Part shown: positions 9,592-18,792 of the stretch, in pieces
Position numbering within the stretch: the stretch's first letter is position 1
Layout: every line of letters begins with the position of its first letter
IMG/VR virus record: IMGVR_UViG_3300025362_000005
Location: 26,241 to 90,240 of that record
Source of the DNA: a virus
Direction: 5' to 3' (one strand)
DNA length: 64,000 bases
Position numbers and translations under genes: made by a program
Notes under the pieces: generated by a model
Database searches by the model: none
What the model saw: the letters and a program-made list of their open reading frames with translations, nothing else
What the model was told of the DNA's origin: nothing

Positions 9592-9962
9592 GTTGTCTCC
9601 TCTGGTATAGGTAGCCATTTAATAACATTTGTAGGTGAACCAAACTGAAAACTTGTGGGCTCAAAATAGCGTAGCCCCACCCATTCAATTATCTCATCAC
9701 TGTCTTCATCCTGACTGACACCACGCATTATGGCTATTACGTTACCCTTTACCTCTGGTTTATTTTCAACACTTCGCCATGTAACCATACCAAGCAATTC
9801 ATTTCGTTGGTTCTCATACAACTTACATCGTTTTGCCTTAGATATTCCCCAACGTTTTGTTATTGATAACATATCCTCATCACCACTTAGTTCTCGATAC
9901 TCTTTAAGTAGTTCTGCATCCAATGCTTCTTCTTGCACTTTAAATCGTTTTTGTGTATTCAT
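9588..9962 (-). CDS. hypothetical protein with DUF551-like C-terminus
   Basis: WRSVENKP ... VIKWLPIPE. Confidence 0.6.
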   Translation of the reverse strand: MNTQKRFKVQEEALDAELLKEYRELSGDEDMLSITKRWGISKAKRCKLYENQRNELLGMVTWRSVENKPEVKGNVIAIMRGVSQDEDSDEIIEWVGLRYFEPTSFQFGSPTNVIKWLPIPEETT

Positions 9963-10102
9963 GAGGTCTCCTTATACTTCTTTTTATCTTTATACGGTAT
10001 TGCTTTCCAATCACTGCAACCATGCCCGCAATCATCATTGTGGAGTCCGTCATATCCGTGGTACTTTAACCATTGAACTAAAATACTTTTTGCTGTTATC
10101 AT
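9959..10102 (-). CDS. small hypothetical protein (47 aa, not in ORF track)
   Basis: MITAKSILVQWLKYHGYDGLHNDDC...; ATGA overlaps at both ends. Confidence 0.55.
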   Translation of the reverse strand: MITAKSILVQWLKYHGYDGLHNDDCGHGCSDWKAIPYKDKKKYKETS

Positions 10103-10404
10103 ACCGGTTCTCCTTGTATGGCTTCTGCTATTATTATATCTATATCATCTTCCGAAATACCCTGCTCATTTTTATAGTAAGATAGTACGGATACAATCTT
10201 ATTCAACGCTGTCAGTAGTGCTTGATTTTCTGATCTTAACTCTTTTATCTGCCTTCTTAATGATGTTTCTACTGTTTTGAATAGAACTAAATCATTAGCC
10301 ATTGTTTCGCCAGTATGTACATATCTAGGTTTACAAAATCCGCAATATTCATGCTCAGCTAAATTAAGGTTTACTCCACATCCTAAACAATATTTCTCAC
10401 TCAT
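10099..10404 (-). CDS. hypothetical Zn-finger plus coiled-coil protein
   Basis: Start MSEKYCLGCG at 10404; CxxC..CxxC. Confidence 0.6.
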   Translation of the reverse strand: MSEKYCLGCGVNLNLAEHEYCGFCKPRYVHTGETMANDLVLFKTVETSLRRQIKELRSENQALLTALNKIVSVLSYYKNEQGISEDDIDIIIAEAIQGEPV

Positions 10405-10655
10405 TCCATCCCCTCCAATGCTAAATATTCCGGTGTATAACAATGGTTTGTTTTTATCGGTTTGCCATCTTCGGTAATGCCCTTGTCATATTCTTTTGCT
10501 CTTAGTACTCTGATGTCGGCATAATCAACATTTGTATAACACGCATCAAGTGCAGTTATCCTTGTTATATGTCGTGCCTTGCTTGCTGTTTCTGCGTAAA
10601 CTATAGATACAACATCATCTAATTCTGTTCTAAATGCTCTTATCATCACATCCAC
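10401..10655 (-). CDS. hypothetical protein
   Basis: IVYAETASKAR motif common in small phage proteins. Confidence 0.6.
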   Translation of the reverse strand: MDVMIRAFRTELDDVVSIVYAETASKARHITRITALDACYTNVDYADIRVLRAKEYDKGITEDGKPIKTNHCYTPEYLALEGME

Positions 10656-10661
10656 TCCTTT

Positions 10662-10841
10662 TTATGGGTGTACCGACAAAACCGTTTTAATATCTTTTAC
10701 TTCGCCATCTTCCCAACATAGTTCATCGTGAGTCTCTTCAACCTCTTCAATAGTTCCCTCTTTATCTAGTAATACAATTGCAATTTCTGTAACGGTTCTT
10801 GTTATCTTTGCTTTTACTCTTCTTGGTTTCGGTTCATTCAT
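10662..10841 (-). CDS. small hypothetical protein (59 aa, not in ORF track)
   Basis: MNEPKPRRVKAKITRTV...; GGAG RBS, ATGA overlap. Confidence 0.55.
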   Translation of the reverse strand: MNEPKPRRVKAKITRTVTEIAIVLLDKEGTIEEVEETHDELCWEDGEVKDIKTVLSVHP

Positions 10842-11155
10842 TTTTTATCTCCTTGTATGGCTTTTCTGGCTCGCTTGTTAATACATTTCAAGCATAAGCA
10901 TTTCTGAGATACATCTGCATAATGCATTGAGTCTTGAGACATCCCTTGAATAATTCCAGAGTTTAGATAGTCTTTCAACGCTTCCAGTAGTGCTTTCTCA
11001 ATAGGTCGTGTGTTCCAAACATTTATCGCTTCTTCCTCTGTGTTGAAACAATCGGTTGAAGCATTACACTTTGTGCATTCCATCCAAAAAACCACTATAT
11101 TATTTCTTTTTATTGGTTTACTTCCGCAAAATGGACAATTCTTTAATTCACTCAT
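10838..11155 (-). CDS. Lar-family (restriction alleviation) zinc-binding protein
   Basis: ELKNCPFCGS..CTKCNAST..EEAINVWNTRP. Confidence 0.8.
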   Translation of the reverse strand: MSELKNCPFCGSKPIKRNNIVVFWMECTKCNASTDCFNTEEEAINVWNTRPIEKALLEALKDYLNSGIIQGMSQDSMHYADVSQKCLCLKCINKRARKAIQGDKK

Positions 11156-11436
11156 TCCATCCCCTCCAAATTGGTTGGTTGTATGGCTTTTTCTGCCAAA
11201 GCATACATTTCCATTGCTGTTTCCCTAGTTACACTTGCACAAGTATTTCCACAAATTAACATATAAAAGTTTAGTGCCGTTAGTAGTACTTGCTCTCTGA
11301 TATGTGCTCTTTCAATAATATCGGCTGCTTCATGTAGCTGTTTAAATAGAACCGTGGCCACCGGTTCTGACATTGCTAGAAAAACACATTTTGCAGACCT
11401 TCGCAATTCTTCTGTAACTGTATCACTCATTACCAA
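11152..11436 (-). CDS. hypothetical protein
   Basis: Shares a C-terminal helix with neighbouring ORFs. Confidence 0.55.
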   Translation of the reverse strand: MVMSDTVTEELRRSAKCVFLAMSEPVATVLFKQLHEAADIIERAHIREQVLLTALNFYMLICGNTCASVTRETAMEMYALAEKAIQPTNLEGME

Positions 11437-11660
11437 CTCCCTCTATTATTTATATGAGTGTAATGAAAGTAATCGTCAATCAGTTTTTGCCTTGTATCAT
11501 GTGTTATGTCTGCTCCACGTAATATATACAACCAACTGTTGAAATGTAATATACAACGCTCCATAGTGTGTAATTGCATACATATACATGCCTGTTCTGT
11601 GAATTGACTAATAGATTGACCTGCTTCTGCGTATAATAACGGTGTTGATGTAATTATCAT
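11430..11660 (-). CDS. hypothetical protein
   Basis: Co-oriented ORF. Confidence 0.5.
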   Translation of the reverse strand: MIITSTPLLYAEAGQSISQFTEQACICMQLHTMERCILHFNSWLYILRGADITHDTRQKLIDDYFHYTHINNRGSW

Positions 11661-11661
11661 C

Positions 11662-12411
11662 CTAATTCTCCTCTGTATAATTTGCGTAAAACCCTATAAG
11701 CTCACGTGCTTCGGGAAAGAACAACTCATGGTCAACACACATACCCACTTTATCTACAGGTGTGTACAAATATGTACCGTTTTTCCACTGGGGCTCAAGT
11801 GTGTGCCAATCACTCCCTTTTTCAAAGCACATGTCAATCATTTGTTGTGTGTTTTTCTTATGAAGCTCGCCATGACTGAATAAACTTTGTGCCAACATCT
11901 GAATAGAATTACGCTTCCAGTCAATTTGTCGCCAGTAAAAGTAATTAGCTACTTCTTCACGTGGAATATTAAATACTCGTGCATCAAAAAGAGCAGGTGG
12001 AGGTAAAACGCCCTTTCCTACTATTTCTGGATGTGTTTTTATAAGTTGAGACTCTATATATCTAGTGAATTCAGTACTAGCAATAGCACTTGCTACAGAT
12101 ACCATTTTCTGTACATTGTAGTCAAACCACCCCTGTGACCCAAACTTTGTATAATCGCACAGCAGTAAACTTATTTCATCTGACTGCGTATAAGCTATGC
12201 GTGTGCCCTGTATTTGATTCATTAATACGCGAGTAGTATACGTCATAGCATCTTTTAATAAATCACTATAAGGTTTATCAAATCCACGTGTGTACGTGTG
12301 AAATGCCTTACCATCTAATCTCATGATAACGGGTGTACGTGCGGTTAAAAAGGTTTTAGCACGGTTCTCATAGTTGTTCTTCATTCTATTGCCTATGTCG
12401 TCTTTCTTCAT
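11662..12411 (-). CDS. thg1: tRNA(His) guanylyltransferase Thg1-like 3'-5' polymerase
   Basis: RLDGKAFH, YTQSDEISL, FDARVF, WRQ.D..RNS; start at ATG 12411 (ATGA overlap). Confidence 0.92.
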   Translation of the reverse strand: MKKDDIGNRMKNNYENRAKTFLTARTPVIMRLDGKAFHTYTRGFDKPYSDLLKDAMTYTTRVLMNQIQGTRIAYTQSDEISLLLCDYTKFGSQGWFDYNVQKMVSVASAIASTEFTRYIESQLIKTHPEIVGKGVLPPPALFDARVFNIPREEVANYFYWRQIDWKRNSIQMLAQSLFSHGELHKKNTQQMIDMCFEKGSDWHTLEPQWKNGTYLYTPVDKVGMCVDHELFFPEARELIGFYANYTEEN

Positions 12412-13040
12412 AAAGCTATTCCCAGTGCAATACAAACTGCTAAATATATTGAACCCCCATGTGTGTTGCCCCTATGGTTTTCACTCATTTTGGGCATATC
12501 AGGGTGGTCGTTAAACCCATGCACATGTTCTTTATAAATTGTTGTTGCTTCATCACATTCACCTGTAATACCTTTTTCAGCAAATAAGGTTTTGAAATAC
12601 TCAATAAGCTTAGATGCTTCAACACAGCAAAACAGTTCATAATCTGCACCATCTAAGAAAGCTGGTTTAAATCCACCATGATCTTGTATAATCCTGTTCA
12701 TACGAATTTTAAGAGGAGTAGGTAGATTAGCGATATCAAGTAACCACATTTCTTTCGACAAATTATATTTATCAAGTTTCTGTTGTGCGTACTTGATTTT
12801 CCACTCTTTGCGTTCCCGTGCTATGTCTTCCTCAGTTTTCAGCATAATGATTAGCCCATCAAGCTTTACCCCCACAACATAACTAGCACCTTGAATCGCT
12901 AACTCTACTTCTTGCCCCTCACGCACTTCACCAATAAATTCAACACTAAATCTGGTACTGCTTGTGGTTGTAATACGCCATCTACTTCCTGATTTCGTAG
13001 CTTCTTTTACAAATCCTTCATTTCTCCAATTATATTTCAT
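12408..13040 (-). CDS. hypothetical protein
   Basis: 210 aa ORF with GGAG RBS. Confidence 0.65.
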   Translation of the reverse strand: MKYNWRNEGFVKEATKSGSRWRITTTSSTRFSVEFIGEVREGQEVELAIQGASYVVGVKLDGLIIMLKTEEDIARERKEWKIKYAQQKLDKYNLSKEMWLLDIANLPTPLKIRMNRIIQDHGGFKPAFLDGADYELFCCVEASKLIEYFKTLFAEKGITGECDEATTIYKEHVHGFNDHPDMPKMSENHRGNTHGGSIYLAVCIALGIAL

Positions 13041-13053
13041 ACCATCTCCTATT

Positions 13054-13353
13054 TTACTTAAATACGTGTACTAATTTCCATTTATCCATATAACCAAACA
13101 ATGTTTCAAGCCTTGTTGTGGCTTCATATACCCCATTTTCATCTGCAATAATCCATTCAGATTCCCCTGATGCAAACCTACAGAGTCCCACATAACTAGT
13201 AACAAGCGCTTTAATAATCTTATCATCTTTATCATGGTGTAAACTACGAGTGAAATCACGTTCCACCCAAATACTCGCTACATCATTCGCAATATCAGGT
13301 TCTATATCTGTTTCCCAAGGCCATGGAGTTAATAACCCAAATTTGTATTTCAT
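13054..13353 (-). CDS. hypothetical protein
   Basis: AGGAG RBS. Confidence 0.6.
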   Translation of the reverse strand: MKYKFGLLTPWPWETDIEPDIANDVASIWVERDFTRSLHHDKDDKIIKALVTSYVGLCRFASGESEWIIADENGVYEATTRLETLFGYMDKWKLVHVFK

Positions 13354-13369
13354 AACTTCTCCTACCTAT

Positions 13370-13591
13370 TTATGCCGTGCCTAATGGCATTCCTAGTTTA
13401 ATATAACAATTGGTACACCAAAACTTACCCGTCATTGCATTAAAAGTACCTTCCTCTTTAATAACATATTGACGCGGTGTGCAGTTGTTTTCTACTGCTT
13501 CAAGAATATATTCCATAATCTTATTAGGTGTCTTATCACATCTTTTACATCTAATATCTAATGTTGCTACCCATGCTTCTTTATCTGTCAT
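13370..13591 (-). CDS. small Zn-finger protein
   Basis: CKRC..EEGTFN..FWCTNCY. Confidence 0.65.
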   Translation of the reverse strand: MTDKEAWVATLDIRCKRCDKTPNKIMEYILEAVENNCTPRQYVIKEEGTFNAMTGKFWCTNCYIKLGMPLGTA

Positions 13592-13593
13592 AT

Positions 13594-13848
13594 TTACGCC
13601 ACCTCTACTAATTTATACTTCTTCACAAATGCCTCAAACTCTTCCCATACATACCAACCTGTAAGAGTACAGTTTTGAAAGTCCATTACACAAACAACAG
13701 GGAGAGTGTCGTCATGTATATAACACAAATAAGGAATGTCTACAAAGATTTTCCCGCTTTTATTACTTGCACGAATACTTAAAAACTGATCTTCTTTCTC
13801 TGTAATTAGTAAATCGTATGCCCTCTTTACCTTAGTTATTAAATCCAT
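13594..13848 (-). CDS. hypothetical protein
   Basis: AAGGAG RBS downstream of a promoter. Confidence 0.6.
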   Translation of the reverse strand: MDLITKVKRAYDLLITEKEDQFLSIRASNKSGKIFVDIPYLCYIHDDTLPVVCVMDFQNCTLTGWYVWEEFEAFVKKYKLVEVA

Positions 13849-13865
13849 AATTTCTCCTTGTTAAT

Positions 13866-13894
13866 ACAATACTGCATATAACTAATTTTGTCAA
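13866..13894 (-). promoter_or_regulatory. sigma70-type promoter
   Basis: TTGACA-17bp-TATTGT. Confidence 0.6.
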
Positions 13895-13906
13895 CCCCAA
13901 TACCTA

Positions 13907-15301
13907 TTATTTATACAAATCATCAAAATCATCATCACCATACAGTTCTTCAGCATTATACACCACATGAGCCTCTTCATGTTTCTTTTTAACCACGTAT
14001 TTATCATTTACTCCATGGAGCTGACACACATGATTTACAAAATTGTCAAAAATAGTTCCGGTATCAAAAGAACTAGGATATAGTTCTGGTAAACGCTCTA
14101 TGTATGCTATCCACTGCTTTGTTACTTCCTTCTCACTAGTCGTATAAGGACTGCCACCTTGGGACTTAAATACAGCTATGAGCCTTAGTATCTCCTTTTG
14201 TGTATTAAGGGCTTTTACGTAGATTTGAGACAGTGTGTTGTCACTTGCATGGGGCATCCGTCTGTTAATGAGTTTACTTACAGCCTTTCTCATCACAGGA
14301 CTCAGGTAGTTGAAAAACACTGAGGGCACTACAGCATCACTTTTTGTTATTCCATGACGTGCAAGGTATAAAAATGTGCTATAACCATTTCTATTACAGA
14401 AGAAATCTTTTAAACTTTTAGGTGATTTTGCCTTGTCTCCGGTATGATCAGCATCAAGACTTTTATCAAATAAATCTATTATGTCAGTTATGTATACAAA
14501 ATCTATAGGCGCTTTATAAAGGTTTTTCAAATGATTATCAAGCATAAATGGTTTATTCAATTCAGGTTTATATGTTCCTTCAAGAATTTTATTAATTATT
14601 TCATTTGTTTGTTTATATAGTTTAGTGCTGTGATTCAAGTGCTTTACAACATTATTCTTTTTATTCCAGTATTTAATTATTTTATTATCAATACATATAT
14701 TCTTATTTATATCAAATAGATTTATATTATTTTTATCAGGTTTATCTTTTATTTTATTTTCAGATTTATTATCTTTATTTTCAGATTTATTTATGTTTTT
14801 ATTTAAATCATCCAGAGAGGACACATCTGCGACAGCAGGGTGTGCTATCAGGAAATTACTGTTTCCTGTCTTAAGAGAATCTACGTCAGTAGTATTCGAT
14901 ATAGGATAATCATTATTAATATAGTATTTATTATTCTCTGACAGGTTTTCAGACTTACGGGTTTCTGGTAAGTCGGCTTTCTTGCATGTTAAAGGCTGTG
15001 CAAAATCATATACTACATAATCCCATCCTGTAAACTGTTTAGTATCTTCACTTTTAACAGGGGTTTTTGTAACATAGCCCCTTTCTTCTAATTCCTTAAA
15101 AGCACTTCTTGTTGCTTCTCGTCCTTCTGTTGCACGGTTTTTTAGATCATATAACTTTATATTCCAATTAGGAGGAAGGGACATAAAATAAAAGTACAGT
15201 CCTTTGGCTCTGAATGATATTGTATTGTCTCTTAAGATAAGGTTTGGTGTTAATGTATAGTTTCCTGTAATAGTGATGCTTCTTGTAATGTTTCCACTCA
15301 T
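13907..15301 (-). CDS. replication initiator-like protein with N-terminal winged HTH
   Basis: ISFRAKGLYFYFMSLPPNW..EGREATRSAFKELEERGYV; low-complexity N/K linker. Confidence 0.7.
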   Translation of the reverse strand: MSGNITRSITITGNYTLTPNLILRDNTISFRAKGLYFYFMSLPPNWNIKLYDLKNRATEGREATRSAFKELEERGYVTKTPVKSEDTKQFTGWDYVVYDFAQPLTCKKADLPETRKSENLSENNKYYINNDYPISNTTDVDSLKTGNSNFLIAHPAVADVSSLDDLNKNINKSENKDNKSENKIKDKPDKNNINLFDINKNICIDNKIIKYWNKKNNVVKHLNHSTKLYKQTNEIINKILEGTYKPELNKPFMLDNHLKNLYKAPIDFVYITDIIDLFDKSLDADHTGDKAKSPKSLKDFFCNRNGYSTFLYLARHGITKSDAVVPSVFFNYLSPVMRKAVSKLINRRMPHASDNTLSQIYVKALNTQKEILRLIAVFKSQGGSPYTTSEKEVTKQWIAYIERLPELYPSSFDTGTIFDNFVNHVCQLHGVNDKYVVKKKHEEAHVVYNAEELYGDDDFDDLYK

Positions 15302-15708
15302 GACAAATGCCTCATTCTCTTATTAAGTGTATTTGGTTTTAAGTAGTTTATAGTGTATCGTTTTTGGTCAATAAAAGGGTACACGCCTTTTTCTATATCT
15401 CCTCCATTCGTTATAAACATATCTCTTAAATAAATGAATCTTTTTTTTCTATTTTTATCTGTTTCAAAGGTAACAACACTTATAATAAGATTATGTTCTT
15501 CAAGGGTTCTGAGGCTTCGTTGTACAGTTCGTGTAGATACCCCTAAATTTTCTGCTATGTATTTGTTCGTTTTCCAAGTGTACCCCTCTTTGTAAGACAA
15601 TCCTGCTAAAATACCATAAAGTATTCTATCTGTTAAAGACAACGTGGTGTCGTGCATAACAAAATGGGGTACAACCATATAATAATTTTCCATTGCTGTA
15701 TTACTCAT
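15298..15708 (-). CDS. winged HTH protein (HTH_36-like)
   Basis: VPHFVMHDTTLS..LYG..EGYTWKTNKYIAENLGVSTRTVQRSL. Confidence 0.8.
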   Translation of the reverse strand: MSNTAMENYYMVVPHFVMHDTTLSLTDRILYGILAGLSYKEGYTWKTNKYIAENLGVSTRTVQRSLRTLEEHNLIISVVTFETDKNRKKRFIYLRDMFITNGGDIEKGVYPFIDQKRYTINYLKPNTLNKRMRHLS

Positions 15709-16030
15709 GGTGTACCCTCATATATTGTGTAAATTCATTAGTAAATGCATACCATTTTGTTTTATCTAGTGGGTGTTTATTATAATTATGTGCTAATAAT
15801 ATTTTGTCAGTAGATACTAACTCTTGTATAAGTCTACTTATTTTTTTAATGGACATATAGGGTATTAATCCAGACAGGGCTTTATATGTTGTCGCTGTCC
15901 AATACCGCCCATCATGAAGATTTTCTTTGTGTAACCTGTCTATTTGTAGACACAACTCAAATGTATTTATAATTACTGCTTTTTCTACTCCGTACTTTTC
16001 TGCTAGTTTTGTTGAGAAATAATGTATCAT
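15701..16030 (-). CDS. winged HTH protein, replication-organizer N-terminal type
   Basis: FSTKLAEKYGVEKAVII..HDGRYW..DKTKWY; start at ATG 16030 just after the leader hairpin. Confidence 0.7.
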   Translation of the reverse strand: MIHYFSTKLAEKYGVEKAVIINTFELCLQIDRLHKENLHDGRYWTATTYKALSGLIPYMSIKKISRLIQELVSTDKILLAHNYNKHPLDKTKWYAFTNEFTQYMRVHHE

Positions 16031-16045
16031 GAAAATTTTCCTTGC

Positions 16046-16170
16046 AAAAGAAAAGGGATAATGTATGCAGTGATCAAACCACACAATTTATAAGCTGTCC
16101 AACACAACAAGCTTCTTATAAATATTCATTATCCCTCTTCGTTTGTGTTGTATTTGCTGTTGATCAGTCA
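16046..16170 (-). ncRNA. putative C4/CI-like antisense or attenuator RNA 2
   Basis: Stem GAAGAGGGAUAAUG/CAUUAUCCCUUUUC plus U-tract; loop and side arm complementary to upstream CAACACAA and UGAUCAA. Confidence 0.55.
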
Positions 16171-16178
16171 GTAACTAT

Positions 16179-16207
16179 ACTCTATACCAATTATTAGTTT
16201 TTGTCAA
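16179..16207 (-). promoter_or_regulatory. sigma70-type promoter
   Basis: TTGACA-17bp-TAGAGT. Confidence 0.75.
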
Positions 16208-16214
16208 GGTACTG

Positions 16215-16694
16215 TTATTCGTAGTTTCTTGTTCGTTTAAAAAACCGTTGAACCCTATAAGCTATGGTGTCAGTGAGGCCATATAACCCGTCAATATTAA
16301 AGTAGTTAAGGCGTTGCCAGTATAGTATATCACTATCATCATCCAATATTACATAGTCGTTAAATTCTGATGGAGTACACGGTAACATATCAGCATTATC
16401 ATGTAACCATTTATAGATAAGGTTGCCTCGTAGTACATGGAAAGGGATATTGTGTTTATCCGTCATTCCCACTATTTCACCGGTAAATCCTTTTGTCTCT
16501 AGTAACGCTTGTATTTCAATAATGGTGTCAAAACTCATTCTCCATGTAGATGTAATTACTACTTTTGCTTGTGTTACATCCATAAGTTTATTTAGTGTTG
16601 TCATACATCTAGGCAATATGGGGCGTACTTCTCTAGGGGTCTCAGTTGTACATGTGTTGAGTACCCCATCTATGTCTAAAAATATAAGTTTCAT
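16215..16694 (-). CDS. HAD-family phosphatase (Swiss Army Knife RNA-repair-like)
   Basis: IFLDIDGVLN, ITSTWR, YVILDDD, GLT. Confidence 0.85.
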   Translation of the reverse strand: MKLIFLDIDGVLNTCTTETPREVRPILPRCMTTLNKLMDVTQAKVVITSTWRMSFDTIIEIQALLETKGFTGEIVGMTDKHNIPFHVLRGNLIYKWLHDNADMLPCTPSEFNDYVILDDDSDILYWQRLNYFNIDGLYGLTDTIAYRVQRFFKRTRNYE

Positions 16695-16834
16695 CCTTTA
16701 CTCCTGTTTGCAATAAATGCTTCTAAATTCTCATAAAATGATTTACTGTCTTTTGAAATACCAACAATACGTATTACTTCATCATATTCCATATCATAAT
16801 CATTTGCTGTTTGCCATATATTAAATTCTGCCAT
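16691..16834 (-). CDS. small hypothetical protein (47 aa, not in ORF track)
   Basis: MAEFNIWQTANDY...; GGAG RBS, ATGA overlap. Confidence 0.5.
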   Translation of the reverse strand: MAEFNIWQTANDYDMEYDEVIRIVGISKDSKSFYENLEAFIANRSKG

Positions 16835-16835
16835 T

Positions 16836-17060
16836 TTAGTTCTCCTGTAAGCCAACAATAGTTTGTGCTAGTCGCAATGCTTGTCTTTTATTGGGGAACT
16901 CATTTAATTCATCTGCCAAGTCGTTAGCACGTTCAACATCTTCAAACTGTATTTGTATAAACTTACGTGTTTCAGCTATACGTGCGACTTCAAACCAACT
17001 AAACCCAATTACTACAAATTTATCATCCTGTAATTTTACTGCATATTTACGGTCACTCAT
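16836..17060 (-). CDS. hypothetical protein
   Basis: GGAG RBS. Confidence 0.55.
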   Translation of the reverse strand: MSDRKYAVKLQDDKFVVIGFSWFEVARIAETRKFIQIQFEDVERANDLADELNEFPNKRQALRLAQTIVGLQEN

Positions 17061-17496
17061 TTATTTCTCCTGTGTATTGATATTTGTATGCTCTATCTAC
17101 TTCACGTTGTTCCTCTAATATAGCTATTTTTATTTGCTTAATGATAAAGATAACAAGAGTCACAAGTAAATATATAATAAGCGATGCAACAGTGAGTAAA
17201 ATCACTAATGCAATTCCTAAATTTGTTTCATCTGCTAATGATGCAGAGCTGTATATAAAACCAGTGCTCCATGGCACAAAACTATTAGAAAGTAATTGTA
17301 CAAAGGTAATAGGGGTGTCTACAGCCCAAAAACTACCTCCAAAAGACGCTACTACCATACCTATTGAACCCAACAGGAAAGCGACTATCATCCCTACTAT
17401 AAGTATAACTATAATGAGTACTGCTATGGATAATAACACTACTACAAGTTTTTTTGTCAGATTCCATACTATTCTCGCAATTAATTTTAATCCCAT
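17053..17496 (-). CDS. membrane protein
   Basis: Two long hydrophobic helices. Confidence 0.65.
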   Translation of the reverse strand: MGLKLIARIVWNLTKKLVVVLLSIAVLIIVILIVGMIVAFLLGSIGMVVASFGGSFWAVDTPITFVQLLSNSFVPWSTGFIYSSASLADETNLGIALVILLTVASLIIYLLVTLVIFIIKQIKIAILEEQREVDRAYKYQYTGEINE

Positions 17497-17744
17497 AACA
17501 TTTCCTCTCCCTTTTTATCAAAACAATGCCAAAAGGATTTCCCTAGTCTCGATATACTCCAAGTAAACATACTGCTAAAACTACCATCTAGCATATATTC
17601 TATGTAGCTCATAGTTCTTTTTTGTGCTATCATCTCATCAAACGCGTGTCCAAACAGCTTATAAGCATACCCACCATACCGTTTTACATATAATGCTCCT
17701 AAATCTGATACACTATACTTTTCAATAAATTCTTGTTTGTTCAT
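17487..17744 (-). CDS. hypothetical protein
   Basis: AATAGGAGAAATT-ATG start cassette. Confidence 0.6.
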   Translation of the reverse strand: MNKQEFIEKYSVSDLGALYVKRYGGYAYKLFGHAFDEMIAQKRTMSYIEYMLDGSFSSMFTWSISRLGKSFWHCFDKKGEEMLWD

Positions 17745-17779
17745 AATTTCTCCTATTGTATATTACATTCTATGGTTCT

Positions 17780-17807
17780 ATTATACTGATATTTAAAAGT
17801 ATTACAA
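17780..17807 (-). promoter_or_regulatory. sigma70-type promoter
   Basis: TTGTAA-16bp-TATAAT. Confidence 0.5.
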
Positions 17808-17855
17808 GTACTACAGTATAAAATTTGTCCTTCAGTTCGACTACTGCCACATAAT

Positions 17856-18011
17856 CTATACAGGGTGTCGCACGTGGTGCAAATACTCTTCTTGTCGGGC
17901 TTTGGCTTTTTCGTGATCACGAACCCCCTTTACATAATCTAATCGTATGTATACACAATATCCGAGTGGTACTCCAAAAACTGCTAATAATACTATGGTG
18001 ATTGCTATCAA
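17856..18011 (-). CDS. small membrane protein
   Basis: Probable TTG start at 18011; one hydrophobic helix. Confidence 0.4.
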   Translation of the reverse strand: MIAITIVLLAVFGVPLGYCVYIRLDYVKGVRDHEKAKARQEEYLHHVRHPV

Positions 18012-18027
18012 ATTTCTTCCTTTTTCA

Positions 18028-18792
18028 TTAATAACTCTCTGCTTCTGCTTTTGTAAGGAAAAAATGTATACCGCTTGAACACTCGTTCCACCTGTTTTTG
18101 TCAAAATCTTTTACCTCTACCGTTTCACCTTTTTTATAGGTAAAATTACTATTGTAATTTGATATGCCGACATCTGCACCAATTACTTCTAATACTTTTG
18201 CTTTTGAACATCTACATTTTCTTGACGTACCACTGCTTCTTTTTGCACTTGATGGTATTCTCAATTTTACGAGTACATTAGATGTACATTTTTTCCACGC
18301 ATCAAAGCTACCTGTTTCTGGACATTGTAATGCATAATGAGATGTACATTCATTTACTTTAATATTACTGAGATCAGCATACCTGAGATCAGCATACCTG
18401 AGATTAGCATACCTGAGATCAGCATCACTGAGATTAGCATACTTGAGATTAGCATCACTGAGATTAGCACCACTGAGATCAGCATACCTGAGATTAGCAT
18501 CACTGAGATTAGCACCACTGAGATCAGCATACCTGAGATCAGCATTACTGAGATTAGCATACCTGAGATCAGCATACCTGAGATTAGCATCACTGAGATT
18601 AGCACCACTGAGATCAGCATACCTGAGATCAGCATTACTGAGATTAGCATACCTGAGATTAGTATCACTGAGATTAGCACCACTGAGATTAGCATCACTG
18701 AGATCAGCACGTTTACCACTACTTCTATTTATTAGCCACATTTCGTGTTGTTTTAAAATAAGACTTAATTCTTTTTCTGTATACGTTTTCAT
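18028..18792 (-). CDS. pentapeptide-repeat protein with DUF5758-like C-terminal domain
   Basis: About 22 A(D/N)Lxx repeats (15-bp period, ~18365-18710); CPETGSF..RKCRCSKAKV..ECSSGIHFF. Confidence 0.9.
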   Translation of the reverse strand: MKTYTEKELSLILKQHEMWLINRSSGKRADLSDANLSGANLSDTNLRYANLSNADLRYADLSGANLSDANLRYADLRYANLSNADLRYADLSGANLSDANLRYADLSGANLSDANLKYANLSDADLRYANLRYADLRYADLSNIKVNECTSHYALQCPETGSFDAWKKCTSNVLVKLRIPSSAKRSSGTSRKCRCSKAKVLEVIGADVGISNYNSNFTYKKGETVEVKDFDKNRWNECSSGIHFFLTKAEAESY

